Notes under the pieces: generated by a model
What the model was told of the DNA's origin: nothing
The model's database searches: none
The model's input: only the letters and a program-made list of their open reading frames with translations
Made by a program: the position numbers and the translations under genes
Shown here: positions 9,908-20,071 of the stretch, piece by piece
Layout of the letters: the number at the start of each line of letters is the position of its first letter
How positions within the stretch are numbered: the stretch's first letter is position 1
DNA from: Candidatus Daviesbacteria bacterium
Lineage (GTDB): Bacteria; Patescibacteriota; Microgenomatia; Daviesbacterales; UBA10151
Direction: 5' to 3'
DNA length: 64,000 nt
Assembly: GCA_028687915.1 (NCBI GenBank)
Contig: JAQTZF010000001.1
Coordinates: forward strand, 290,634 to 354,633

Positions 9908-11239
9908 ATGCAAAAAACATTTGGACAAACAAATAGCCCTCAAGATGATGGCTCTAATAGAGATTTAAATAAATTTGAAACAGAGCTCGCAAAACGCGAA
10001 GGTATTTTAGAAGAGCGGGAGCGGGTATTAGCAGAAAAGCTAAAAACTGTTGATGAAAAACTAGAAACTTTAGAAAAAACACGCAAAGACCTAATTTCAA
10101 AAATTGAAAAATCTTCCGGCATGTCAGAAAGTGAAGCTCAAAAAGTTTTACTGGAAAATGTTGAAAAAGATTTGGCTTCAGAAATCTCTAAAAAAGTTAA
10201 AGAAGCTGAAGAAGAAATTAAACTTCAAGCTGATGAAAAATCAAAAGAAATATTAGCAGAAGCAATGCTTTCCGGAGCAACAAATTATGTTTCAGAATTT
10301 ACAACTTCACAAGTAAATTTACCTGATGATGAGATGAAGGGAAGGATTATTGGAAAAGAAGGAAGAAATGTTCGAACTTTTGAGCAAGTAACCGGAGTTG
10401 ATGTAATAATGGATGATACTCCTGGAATGTTAATTGTTTCTTCGTTTGACCCTGTTAGACGTGAGATTGCCAAGGTCTCTTTGGAAAGACTGATTAAGGA
10501 TGGAAGGATTCAACCACAAAGAATTGAAGAAATCGTTGCAGAAACTAAAGCAGATATTGAAAAATTAATGTTTCAGGCTGGAGAACAATTAGCTCATGAA
10601 GTTGGTGTTTATAATTTACCAAGAGAACTTGTGGAATATTTAGGTAGGTTTAAATACAGATATTCTTATGGACAAAATATGTTACAACACACCCTGGAAG
10701 AAACCAGAATAGGTATTGCTTTAGCTAAAGAATTGGGAGCAAATGCAAATGTAGTTAGACTAGGATGTTTGCTTCATGATATCGGAAAAGTTGTATCTGA
10801 AGATGAAGGTACTCATGTAGAAAAAGGTGTACAGCTTGCTAAAAAGTTTGGTATGGCACCTGAAGTTGTAGCTTGTATCGCCCAACATCATGAAGACGAG
10901 CCTTTTTCATCCACAGAATCAATTGTTTGTTATATTGCTGATGCTATCTCTGGTGCCAGACCAGGAGCAAGGCGTGAAGACGTAGAAGGTTATATAAATC
11001 GAATTTCAGATATAGAAAAGATAGCTATGTCTTATGAAGGTGTAGAAAAAGCTTTTGCTGTATCTGCAGGTCGTGAGGTTAGAATAATTGTTTATCCAGA
11101 AAAGATTTCTGATGAGACCTTGCCAAAATTAACTCATGATATTGCAACACAAATTGCTAAAGAGGTTATGGTGCCTGGGCAGGTAAAGGTTACTGCAATT
11201 AGAGAAGTTAGAGCTGTTGATTATTCTATTTCTTCTTAA
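9908..11239 (+). CDS. rny: ribonuclease Y (KH plus HD domain endoribonuclease)
   Basis: Coiled-coil N-terminus, KH motif (IIGKEGRNVRTFEQVTGVDV) and HD motif (LLHDIGK). Confidence 0.85.
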   Translation: MQKTFGQTNSPQDDGSNRDLNKFETELAKREGILEERERVLAEKLKTVDEKLETLEKTRKDLISKIEKSSGMSESEAQKVLLENVEKDLASEISKKVKEAEEEIKLQADEKSKEILAEAMLSGATNYVSEFTTSQVNLPDDEMKGRIIGKEGRNVRTFEQVTGVDVIMDDTPGMLIVSSFDPVRREIAKVSLERLIKDGRIQPQRIEEIVAETKADIEKLMFQAGEQLAHEVGVYNLPRELVEYLGRFKYRYSYGQNMLQHTLEETRIGIALAKELGANANVVRLGCLLHDIGKVVSEDEGTHVEKGVQLAKKFGMAPEVVACIAQHHEDEPFSSTESIVCYIADAISGARPGARREDVEGYINRISDIEKIAMSYEGVEKAFAVSAGREVRIIVYPEKISDETLPKLTHDIATQIAKEVMVPGQVKVTAIREVRAVDYSISS

Positions 11240-12611
11240 AAATAAGCAAAGTTTTTATTCTTTCAAGTTGCCAAGTTGGAGATTGTTCTAAGTTCATAAT
11301 TCTTTCCTGTAACTCCTCATTTTCTAGGGGGTAACTTGTAAGGGAGGTATCAATTACTATATAGTTTGCGTCTATTACTTCTGGGTACATATAAATATAC
11401 CGTCTGTTGCTTAGATGAGGAACAATCGATGAGCCTGCTGATACTATAGCGTTTGGAGGAATTGTATCCAGAGACTTATTGAGATAATCATAGCTTTTTA
11501 TATTAGCAAAGTCACTTTGAAAAACTGACCAAATTATGTTTCGAGGATTTAATCCTCCAAATAAAAGTGATACTAAGAGTAGAATAATTATTGGCTTGTG
11601 AGGAATTTTAAAATTAGTAAGTGCAAAAGCTGCGCTAATTACTAAAAATGGCAGTAAGTTTGCATTATGATGAAAATCCATAGTCCACATTTGGGAGTAA
11701 CTTGATGAGAATCTTAAAAATAAATATGGGAATACACCTAACCAAAAAAGAGGGGACAATAAAGGAAGCAGGGCAAAGGGCAAATTTAAATTAATAAAGG
11801 TGGCTATCTTCACAGGAGCATTAAAAATTTGATCTATAAATATAAAAGGTCTAGTAAATAATAAAATTAATAACGTCATAGGATCATTGAGCGGTAAAAC
11901 AGATGATGAAAGATAGGTATCTGCGCCTCCTGGCCATAGTAATGCCATTAATCTAAACTTAATAAGGTAAAAGCTTATTGCAGCAAAGGTAAGAGTTTGA
12001 AGACCTAATTTCTTTTGGTCTTTTATTAGTTGATACAGACCTAATCCAGCAATAAAAAGAGGTAGATCCTCTTTAAATAATAAGCTAAAAATAAGGGTTA
12101 ACCAATATAACTTCCACTTTTTGAAATACCAAAAATATAATATCAGAGAGAGGGGTAAAACAGAGATTGTTGCTAAATGAAAATCAAAATTTATAGCAGC
12201 TGTAATTCCTTTTGAAGTTATATAACTGAGGATTAAAAGAAAACTAAGTAAGATATTCTTAGTTTTATCAAGGCAAATTAAATATAAAGGTATTGCGCTC
12301 AGGCTTACAAAAATAGCCTGAGTTATAAGTAAGGTTTCAGGTACAGGAAAGAGTTTTACTAAGGGTGAAAGGATGATAAGTACAGGACCAAAGTGATCAG
12401 CTAATAAAACCATATGCTTTAGGGAGCTATAAAGAGAGAGGTCTTGACTGTAGAGATATATCATCTGGGAATAAATACCAAGATCAAAAGCATTTGTATT
12501 AAAGGTTAGGTGATGATATAGGGAGATAAGCGAGAAAATTAAAGCAAAACATATAAAGACTAAGATGGGAATAAGGTAAGTATTTTGGGTTAGTTTTTTG
12601 TAAAAAGTCAT
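11226..12611 (-). CDS. integral membrane protein, DUF2079-like (possible GT-C type glycosyltransferase)
   Basis: 461 aa with more than 10 predicted TM helices and the N-terminal motif NAFDLGIYSQ typical of DUF2079. Confidence 0.5.
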   Translation of the reverse strand: MTFYKKLTQNTYLIPILVFICFALIFSLISLYHHLTFNTNAFDLGIYSQMIYLYSQDLSLYSSLKHMVLLADHFGPVLIILSPLVKLFPVPETLLITQAIFVSLSAIPLYLICLDKTKNILLSFLLILSYITSKGITAAINFDFHLATISVLPLSLILYFWYFKKWKLYWLTLIFSLLFKEDLPLFIAGLGLYQLIKDQKKLGLQTLTFAAISFYLIKFRLMALLWPGGADTYLSSSVLPLNDPMTLLILLFTRPFIFIDQIFNAPVKIATFINLNLPFALLPLLSPLFWLGVFPYLFLRFSSSYSQMWTMDFHHNANLLPFLVISAAFALTNFKIPHKPIIILLLVSLLFGGLNPRNIIWSVFQSDFANIKSYDYLNKSLDTIPPNAIVSAGSSIVPHLSNRRYIYMYPEVIDANYIVIDTSLTSYPLENEELQERIMNLEQSPTWQLERIKTLLIFKKK

Positions 12612-12706
12612 GTTTAAGTAGAAATATAATATTAATAATTACATCAACCAGGAGATCTTTACAAGAATAACCTTTTAAAGTAAACTAAAGCCAACAAAAG
12701 GAATTT

Positions 12707-12979
12707 ATGACAAAGAACGAACTAATTGAAAAAGTTGCTAAAAAATCACATTTAACCAAAAGGGCTGCTGCTGATGCAGTTAATTCTACCTTTGATTTAA
12801 TTAAGGATTCATTAGTTAGAGGAGAAAAAGTTATTATAACAGGCTTTGGAACCTTCTTAATTAGATCCAGAGCAGCCAGGCGTGGTAGAAATCCTCAAAC
12901 AGGGGGAGTTATTCAAATTCCACAAAAGAAAACTCCAGGTTTTACTGCTGGTAAAACAATCAAAAGATTAATTAAGTAG
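12707..12979 (+). CDS. hup: DNA-binding protein HU
   Basis: 90 aa in the HU/IHF family (…GFGTF…R.AR.GRNP.TG… arm). Confidence 0.9.
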   Translation: MTKNELIEKVAKKSHLTKRAAADAVNSTFDLIKDSLVRGEKVIITGFGTFLIRSRAARRGRNPQTGGVIQIPQKKTPGFTAGKTIKRLIK

Positions 12980-12991
12980 CTTATTTGAAGG

Positions 12992-13633
12992 ATGGTATCT
13001 ATTAATACTGACTCAGGGGGCATGGTTACCACAGAAAATTTACCTCCATTTAATATCTATGGCTATTTGGTTTTATTAGTTGTGTTAGTTGTAATTTCTA
13101 TACCTCTTTTTTTATACCAACACAAAGATTATGGTTCCTTCTTTGGATTACTGGGATTAAATCATACTTTTACAATGCCTATACATGAGGGTGGTCACGC
13201 TTTATTGTATGGTTTATTGTACTTACCATTTCTAAATAAGGATTCAATGCCTTTCTTGGTCACTTCAGCAGGTTCAATTATTCAAATTGCTTTTCCTTTA
13301 TTAATTTTTATTTATAAGTTTTGGAAAAAAGAGTATATAGTAAGTTTTATTAGTTTTTGGTGGTTTGGACTTAATATTGTTGATACGAGTATATATATTG
13401 ATCAAGCATTAAATACCACTGGATCTTTTATTACTCCATTTGGTCCGGTAGAAAATCCTGAAGATACGGATTTTTCTTTTTTGTTTAGAACCATTGGAAT
13501 ACTTAATTACCATCATCAGATTGCTTCTGTAACTTATTGGATAGGTATAGTGATGATGTTTTTTGCTTTTGTTTTTTTGGGGCGCTATCTTTATCAAAGA
13601 TTAACCTTTAGAGGTATACTTACTGATAAATAA
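12992..13633 (+). CDS. membrane protein, unknown function
   Basis: 213 aa with multiple TM helices. Confidence 0.45.
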   Translation: MVSINTDSGGMVTTENLPPFNIYGYLVLLVVLVVISIPLFLYQHKDYGSFFGLLGLNHTFTMPIHEGGHALLYGLLYLPFLNKDSMPFLVTSAGSIIQIAFPLLIFIYKFWKKEYIVSFISFWWFGLNIVDTSIYIDQALNTTGSFITPFGPVENPEDTDFSFLFRTIGILNYHHQIASVTYWIGIVMMFFAFVFLGRYLYQRLTFRGILTDK

Positions 13634-13653
13634 TTATCATTATATAAGCTAAT

Positions 13654-13986
13654 TTGACTTTTAATTTTCTTTGTAATACTATGTATCCATACATGAGTAA
13701 ACCACTAGAAGTTAAAGATATAAGTATTCCTGATCATATTTTAAGACAGTTACTTACCCCCTCTGAGATGAGAATGTTAAAAAACCGCTGGCGGATTGTT
13801 AATCAGCTAGAGGAAGGTTTATCAATTAGAAAAATAGCAGAAGATGTTAAAGTGGGATCAGATACAGTAGTTAGAGTTTCTAAGATGATGAATTCTGGTG
13901 AATTACAAAAAGTTTTAGACAAAGAAAAAAGAGGACTTAAAAAAATTAAAACCTCTACCCCCTGGATCTTTGGTAAAACAGAATAA
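13654..13986 (+). CDS. TrpR-like YerC/YecD family HTH protein
   Basis: About 100 aa containing LLTPSEMRMLKNRWRIVNQLEEGLSIRKIAEDVKVGSDTVVRV, typical of the YerC/YecD family. Confidence 0.55.
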   Translation: MTFNFLCNTMYPYMSKPLEVKDISIPDHILRQLLTPSEMRMLKNRWRIVNQLEEGLSIRKIAEDVKVGSDTVVRVSKMMNSGELQKVLDKEKRGLKKIKTSTPWIFGKTE

Positions 13987-14724
13987 TTAATTAATAGTTT
14001 GTTTCAGTTTTTCCCATTGAGATAAGCGAATTTTAAGTTCTGGATTATTATCAATTATTTCTTTAGCCTGATACAGGTATTGTCTGCTTTTTTCAGGGTC
14101 ATCATCTTTTAAAATATCAGCAAGCCTCATATAAGCCCCAGAAACCCATGCATCCTGATTATATTTGGAAATATCAGGTTCTTTTTCTAAATTTGATAAT
14201 GCTTCTAAAACTCGATTCAAAGCTTGTTTATCACCAGTTTTATATTCAGATGTAGCTAGATGTACTTTCATGTCATTTATAACAGACATTCTGTTGTGCG
14301 TTTGAGGAGGGTTATTCAACATATTATCTATTGCTTCTTGATAAAGTGATACTGCTTCAGAAAAGTTGCCTAATTCATCCTTAATTTTGGCTAATTCAAA
14401 TAAAGGAAGAGCTAGAGCTTCTTTATTATTACTGGCTTTAGCAATATTTACTCCTGCTGATGCTGCACTTTCTGCAAGTAGTAAGAAATTATGATCACTG
14501 GTTTGCCTATAAAGAAGTTTAAAAACAATTGCGCGTGAAGCTTCTGTTTCAGCTATCCCTAATGGATCATTTTCTTGTTGAAAAGTAATTAATGCTTGGT
14601 CTGTAAATTCTAGCGATTTAAGGTAATCTTGTTCGATTTCGCGGGCTTCATTTGCTTTTCCAAGTAGTTGTCTTGCTTTGGAATCCATCATGTATATTAT
14701 AGCAAAGGAAGGCAACTTACGCAT
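13987..14724 (-). CDS. TPR-repeat protein
   Basis: 245 aa with repeated 34-residue helical TPR-like units. Confidence 0.5.
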   Translation of the reverse strand: MRKLPSFAIIYMMDSKARQLLGKANEAREIEQDYLKSLEFTDQALITFQQENDPLGIAETEASRAIVFKLLYRQTSDHNFLLLAESAASAGVNIAKASNNKEALALPLFELAKIKDELGNFSEAVSLYQEAIDNMLNNPPQTHNRMSVINDMKVHLATSEYKTGDKQALNRVLEALSNLEKEPDISKYNQDAWVSGAYMRLADILKDDDPEKSRQYLYQAKEIIDNNPELKIRLSQWEKLKQTIN

Positions 14725-14735
14725 ATAATACCTCT

Positions 14736-15704
14736 ATGAAAAAAGTATTAGTAATTTTGGGACCAACTTCGACTGGTAAAACAGACTTAGGCTTACATTT
14801 AGCCAAAAAATATAATGGTGAATTAGTGGCTTGTGATTCAAGACAAGTTTATAAAGGTTTGGATATTGGAACAGGAAAGATGCCAGGAAAAGATTTAAGA
14901 TTTAAGAAATATGATTTAAGGTGGGAAATAGATGGTATCAATATTTGGATGTATGATGTGGCAGATCCAAAACAACAATATACAGTTAAGGATTATGTGA
15001 CACAGGCAGAAAAGATAATTGAAGATATCATTAGTAGAAAGAAATTACCTATTATAGTAGGAGGTACAGGATTATATTTAAAAGCTCTATTAGAAGGCTT
15101 ACCAAACCTGGTTATTCAAATTGATGAGAAATTAAGGGGGGATCTAGAAAAACTATCTAAAGAAAAATTACAAGAAAAACTTCAATCACTATCCCCTATT
15201 AGTTGGGAAAATTTAAATGAATCTGATAGGCAAAATCCACGTCGTTTACTCCGCTCTATTGAGCTTATTACTATGAATCCATACATCAAAACAACTCAAA
15301 ATCTAGTAAATAAAAATGAAAAATATGACACATTAAAAATTGGACTTACTGCTCCGCGGGAAGTTTTACAGAAAAGAATTTTTGACCGTCTTTTGTCTAG
15401 ATTTAATAGTGGCTTAGTGGAAGAGGTAACGACTTTACATAATAATGGTTTAAATTTTGAACGAATGAAACAATTGGGTTTAGAGTATGGTGCTATGGTA
15501 GATTTTCTGCAAGGAAATGTAAGTAAAGAAGAAATAATTATAAAACTCACGAATGTGAATTATCAGTATGCTAAAAGACAAATGACGTGGTTTAAGAAAC
15601 AAAAAGATATTTTATGGGTAAATATAGATGAACCAACTTGTTTGCAACAAGTAGAAAGTCAGGTTCAAAAATGGTATTATTTAAAGCATGACAAAGCGGA
15701 TTGA
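14736..15704 (+). CDS. miaA: tRNA dimethylallyltransferase MiaA
   Basis: P-loop GPTSTGKT. The family N-terminus (…CDSRQVYKGLDIGTGK) is conserved. Confidence 0.9.
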   Translation: MKKVLVILGPTSTGKTDLGLHLAKKYNGELVACDSRQVYKGLDIGTGKMPGKDLRFKKYDLRWEIDGINIWMYDVADPKQQYTVKDYVTQAEKIIEDIISRKKLPIIVGGTGLYLKALLEGLPNLVIQIDEKLRGDLEKLSKEKLQEKLQSLSPISWENLNESDRQNPRRLLRSIELITMNPYIKTTQNLVNKNEKYDTLKIGLTAPREVLQKRIFDRLLSRFNSGLVEEVTTLHNNGLNFERMKQLGLEYGAMVDFLQGNVSKEEIIIKLTNVNYQYAKRQMTWFKKQKDILWVNIDEPTCLQQVESQVQKWYYLKHDKAD

Positions 15705-16656
15705 TATATCCTATCGAACTGTTCTTTTTATAACTGCGTTTTTAATTCTTTTGTGGATTGTTTTTAAGATTATAGACATAATTTTGCTCTTTTTTGTGGC
15801 ATTTATTTTTATGTCAGCCTTATCCCCAACAGTTGATCAGCTGACCAAGTTTAAAGTTCCTCGAGTTGTAGCAGTATTATTGGTATTTCTATTAGCCATA
15901 GCCAGCGTAGTTGCTTTATTTACTATTGGCTTAACACCGCTAATAACACAGACTAGTAGTTTAACGCAAAAATTAGTTGACATAACTAACACATTATTAA
16001 ACACACATATTATTGATGAAGCTGTTATTAAAGAGCAACTTTCTAGTGCTTCCGGCCAGTTGGTAAATGTCACAGTAGATATTTTTAAAAACTTTATTGC
16101 TTTGGTAAGTACTATGGTAATAACCGTTTACATGATGTTGGATAGAAGGAAAATTGAGGATTATGGCACATCATTTTTTGGAACAAGACAGGAACGGGCT
16201 CAGGTATTGCTTCGCAGAATTGAAGATAAATTAGGAGCATGGTTAAGGGGACAAATTATTTTATCTTTTGTTATTGGAATTTGTGTTTATATTGGATTAA
16301 CAATTTTTGGAATTGAGTTTGCTTTGCCTCTGGCAATTATTGCAGGGCTACTGGAAGTGGTTCCTGTTCTTGGCCCCATTATTTCTGCTATTCCAGCGGT
16401 TTTAATTGCTTTAACCGTCTCCCCTATTTTTGCGCTACTCATTGCAGGATTTTATTTAGCTGTGCAGCAATTAGAGGGTCATCTTATAGTTCCTCAGGTA
16501 ATGAAAAGAGCAGTAGGTCTTAATCCGTTATTAGTTATTTTAGCAGTTTCAATTGGTAGCAGGTTACTTGGAATTGGAGGAGCACTGTTAGCAGTTCCAA
16601 TTGCTGTTGTTATTCAGCTGGTTATTCAAGAAGGATTAAAGATTCAAGAAGGCTAA
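15688..16656 (+). CDS. AI-2E family transporter (UPF0118/PerM-like)
   Basis: 322 aa with 8 predicted TM helices and the family topology. Overlaps the miaA 3' end by 17 nt. Confidence 0.75.
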   Translation: MTKRIDISYRTVLFITAFLILLWIVFKIIDIILLFFVAFIFMSALSPTVDQLTKFKVPRVVAVLLVFLLAIASVVALFTIGLTPLITQTSSLTQKLVDITNTLLNTHIIDEAVIKEQLSSASGQLVNVTVDIFKNFIALVSTMVITVYMMLDRRKIEDYGTSFFGTRQERAQVLLRRIEDKLGAWLRGQIILSFVIGICVYIGLTIFGIEFALPLAIIAGLLEVVPVLGPIISAIPAVLIALTVSPIFALLIAGFYLAVQQLEGHLIVPQVMKRAVGLNPLLVILAVSIGSRLLGIGGALLAVPIAVVIQLVIQEGLKIQEG

Positions 16657-16696
16657 TTTTTTTGATTTGAGCTCTTGATTGCAGTATAATTCACAT

Positions 16697-16986
16697 GCCT
16701 AGGAAATTGGATGATAGTCGCCATAGGCGACAGGAAAGTCCAGACAGCATAGAGCAGGGTGGTCGGTGTAAGCCGACACGGGTAACCGCTAGTTAGAGCA
16801 ACAGTGACGAACCGAGGTCAAGCTCGGGTGAAACGGGCAATCCTCCTCGCTGCAATCCTAGAAATGACTGAGCTGCTCGCTTAAGAGTCTAAATCAGGAG
16901 CGTTAGATAGATTTCATCAGCTATTTTTAAATCTTTCAGGTTGAGGTTGAAGTAGCTACAGAATCTGGCTTATAGGTTTCCTAGGC
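16697..16986 (+). ncRNA. rnpB: RNase P RNA (rnpB), compact bacterial type
   Basis: P1 pairs GCCTAGGAAA with TTTCCTAGGC. The P4 5' strand is AGGAAAGTCC and the 3' P4 region is ACAGAATCTGGCTTAT, matching the bacterial ACAGAAYCCGGCUUAU consensus. A second copy of the 3' element at 17005-17050 leaves the 3' end ambiguous. Confidence 0.65.
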
Positions 16987-17107
16987 AAAATCTGGCTTTA
17001 GATCCGCTTGCGGATCGCAAGGACGAAGTCCTTATTGTTTCCTAGGCACAAAAAAATATTTTCCTCTTTCACTTTATTGTTTAATGTTTATATAATAAGA
17101 TTTATAT

Positions 17108-17533
17108 ATGGAAGAGAAAGCGATTGAGACATTAGATAATTTAAAGGCAACATTCGCACCAGTTAAAAATACATACCAGGTTCATAAAAGTTCTCTCTCC
17201 TCTTTAGATAAATTTGCCATATTCATTACTAAAATTGTCGGAACAATGTGGTTTGTTTTGGCGTGTTGCGTGTTAGTTGTTATTCCACTAATAGTTGGCT
17301 CAACCTTACCAATCGTGCAATATATTTCTTCAGGAATTTTACAATTAATTTTATTGCCACTTATTATGGTTGGGCAAAATTTACAGGGTAGATATACAGA
17401 AATACGGGCTCAGCATGATTTTGATACCAATGTAAAAGCTGAAAAAGAAATTGAAACAATAATCCTTCACTTAGAAAAACAGGATAAAGTGATGATGGAA
17501 ATCCTCAAGAGGATCGAAAAGTTGGAAAAATAG
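17108..17533 (+). CDS. DUF1003-family membrane protein
   Basis: Two TM helices followed by the QN.QGR…R motif and a C-terminal coiled coil. Confidence 0.55.
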   Translation: MEEKAIETLDNLKATFAPVKNTYQVHKSSLSSLDKFAIFITKIVGTMWFVLACCVLVVIPLIVGSTLPIVQYISSGILQLILLPLIMVGQNLQGRYTEIRAQHDFDTNVKAEKEIETIILHLEKQDKVMMEILKRIEKLEK

Positions 17534-17541
17534 CTATTAAG

Positions 17542-18888
17542 ATGGGAAATATTGCTCAAGTTTTTGAAGAGAAATCCCTGGTTGTAGTCTTTGCTTATGT
17601 TGCAGCAGGACTAGGGCACCTTCGAATTACCGATGCTCTTCTTAACGGATTACCAGATGAGGTAGATCCATTACTTTTTGCTCCAGAAGATGCACTTACT
17701 ACATTTTTCCACAGGTTAACTTCTGTTAATCCTCTTGCTAAAAATATATTTGAATGGTCACAAAATGGTAACCCGGAAGAAATTTATACGAGATTTTTTC
17801 GTTGGCTTTTAAGGTCTAACACGGACAAGCTATATAATGAGTTATCTTTGGTTTATGCTCAAAGGACCAGTTTACCGAAAACTGTTTTAATAGTTTCTAC
17901 TCATTTTGGCATGGCTTTGCAGTTTGTAGCCATTAAGAAAAAGTTTGAACAAGAGAAGCATGTTAAATTAATTATTGTGATGCAGGTTACAGATGATTCC
18001 CCTCAAAATCTTTGGTATGTACCTGGTATTGATATGACTTTTGTCCCAAGTGAAAAAACAAAGAAAGCTTTATTGGATTATGGAAGAAAGAATAAATTAC
18101 CAGAAGTACCTATGGAGGTTTTTCCTTATCCTGTTGATCCTTTAATGGAAAAAAAGTTAACGGAGGAAGAATTTACAGATAGGGTAAAGCAAATGGATCC
18201 TGAGGCAAATGCTTTAATTCATTTGGCAGTGCCTGTTTCTGGTGCTGCAGTAGGGATGACGTTCTTAACACATATGGTAGATGAGTTATATGATAAATCT
18301 AATAGATTTACTTTTCATATTATTTCTAAATCAACTCCATATACTCAAGATTTTTTGAAAGATATGATTAATCGCCCTTTTGTTAAATTTGAAGTATCTT
18401 TTTCTTCAAGAGAGATAATCGATAAGTATGTAAAGCTTTATGAAAATAATGTTATATCTTTGGAAATGACTAAACCATCTGAACAGTCATTTAAATCTTT
18501 ATTTTGTCCAGTTCAAAAAGGTGGAACAATCTTACTTTTCTCTGAACCTGTGGGTAGGCAAGAATTCGATAATTTAGATTTTCTAAGGAGGCACCATTTT
18601 ATTCCTTTAAAAAGTGAAATGGAAAAGTTATGGCAATATGCTGAACAAGGAATGGTAATTGATGGAGCAGGAAAGTGGATTTTGGAAGAAGCAAAACATT
18701 GGAGAGGGTTAATTTTGCCTCAGGGCTCAAAGAAAGCAGCTGCGTTTATTTGGTGGTGTTTACAGCAAGGAATTTTAAAAACCATGATAAAAGAGTATGT
18801 GTGTCCCATAAAAGATCAAGAATTGGGGTCTGATGGTGTGGAAAGGTTCTGGCAAAGAGTTGCAGAGATAGTAGAGGAAAAAGCTTAA
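17542..18888 (+). CDS. hypothetical protein, possibly a GT-B (MGDG-synthase/GT28-like) glycosyltransferase
   Basis: N-terminal VVFAYVAAGLGHLRITDAL resembles the G-rich N-terminal motif of MGDG-synthase-like enzymes. The assignment is weak. Confidence 0.35.
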   Translation: MGNIAQVFEEKSLVVVFAYVAAGLGHLRITDALLNGLPDEVDPLLFAPEDALTTFFHRLTSVNPLAKNIFEWSQNGNPEEIYTRFFRWLLRSNTDKLYNELSLVYAQRTSLPKTVLIVSTHFGMALQFVAIKKKFEQEKHVKLIIVMQVTDDSPQNLWYVPGIDMTFVPSEKTKKALLDYGRKNKLPEVPMEVFPYPVDPLMEKKLTEEEFTDRVKQMDPEANALIHLAVPVSGAAVGMTFLTHMVDELYDKSNRFTFHIISKSTPYTQDFLKDMINRPFVKFEVSFSSREIIDKYVKLYENNVISLEMTKPSEQSFKSLFCPVQKGGTILLFSEPVGRQEFDNLDFLRRHHFIPLKSEMEKLWQYAEQGMVIDGAGKWILEEAKHWRGLILPQGSKKAAAFIWWCLQQGILKTMIKEYVCPIKDQELGSDGVERFWQRVAEIVEEKA

Positions 18889-20033
18889 TCTTGATTAGAA
18901 GGCAGAAAGATACTAACAGTTGTTCCCATATTTTCCAGGCTATTAACCATAATTTTACCGTTGTGAGCATCTATAATAGATTTGCTAATAAAAAGTCCTA
19001 ATCCTAAACCACTTGATAGCTCTGTTAAAGAATTGGTTGCTCCATAAAATTTTTGAAATAAACGGGGAATTACAGTTGCCGGTATCCCTTTTCCTTTATC
19101 AGAAACATGAATAGATATTCCATTAGCTTGTTTTTCTATATCCAAATTTACTTGTCCTCCTGGTTTGCTATACTTTATTCCGTTGGCAACAATATTGGAT
19201 AAGGATTCAATTAACAAATTTTCATCACCTAAAATCATAGGATATGGTTTGGCGAATTTACCTATCAGGAGATTTACTTTCTTTTCTTTAGCATCTGCCA
19301 AAAGCCCATCTACTGTTTGTCTGATAAGATTTTCTAAATCAATAGGCTTAATGTTCAATTTTAGACAACCTTTTTCAACCTTGGAAAGATTAAGTAAATT
19401 TTCAATTAAAAATCCCATTCTATCTGTACCAATAATTGTTCTGTCCAAAAAGCTTTTTTCTTCCTCGTTTAATTTAGGTGCTATTTTTTCTTTAAGAATA
19501 AAAAGATACCCTTTAATAGCAGTAAGGGGTGTACGTAGTTGATGTGCAGCAATTGCAACAAAATTTAGTTTGGATTCTTCCAAAGCCATTCTATCTGTAA
19601 TATCGTTTATAATATAAATATTACCCTGTGAATTTAATAATGGATATTTTTTGACACTAACATCAATCTCTTCCTGATCAATGGTAGTTAGTTTAACTTG
19701 ATAGTTTTGTGCGTCAGCTGTCTCATTCTTAGGCATAATTTGATCAATGGTTTTATTTTGAGTAAGTGTCCAGGATGTTTTTAATATTTCTAATGCTTTT
19801 CTGTTTGTCCACAGAATAAAATCATTTTGATTCGTTATAATGGTTCCTTCTTTTATAACTTCTAAAACTTTTTCTAGAATTTCTTTTTGTTTTTGCAGGT
19901 TTTGTTTATCTGGGTTTATTTCTGCTTTTTCTGTTTTTTTAATAATCTTAGTAAGAAATTGTTTTCCTATAAAACAACCTAATATAAAGAAGACAAGACT
20001 ACTAAAAATTGTAATCACGGGCAGAGATTGCAT
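18885..20033 (-). CDS. sensor histidine kinase (TM plus PAS-like plus HisKA plus HATPase_c)
   Basis: H-box AHQLRTPLTAIKGY. N, G1 and G2 boxes are present (…NGIKYSKPGG…DKGKGIP…GLGLGLFISK). Confidence 0.85.
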   Translation of the reverse strand: MQSLPVITIFSSLVFFILGCFIGKQFLTKIIKKTEKAEINPDKQNLQKQKEILEKVLEVIKEGTIITNQNDFILWTNRKALEILKTSWTLTQNKTIDQIMPKNETADAQNYQVKLTTIDQEEIDVSVKKYPLLNSQGNIYIINDITDRMALEESKLNFVAIAAHQLRTPLTAIKGYLFILKEKIAPKLNEEEKSFLDRTIIGTDRMGFLIENLLNLSKVEKGCLKLNIKPIDLENLIRQTVDGLLADAKEKKVNLLIGKFAKPYPMILGDENLLIESLSNIVANGIKYSKPGGQVNLDIEKQANGISIHVSDKGKGIPATVIPRLFQKFYGATNSLTELSSGLGLGLFISKSIIDAHNGKIMVNSLENMGTTVSIFLPSNQD

Positions 20034-20071
20034 ATATCAATCCTAGCATATTTACAGTATTGGATGATAAA

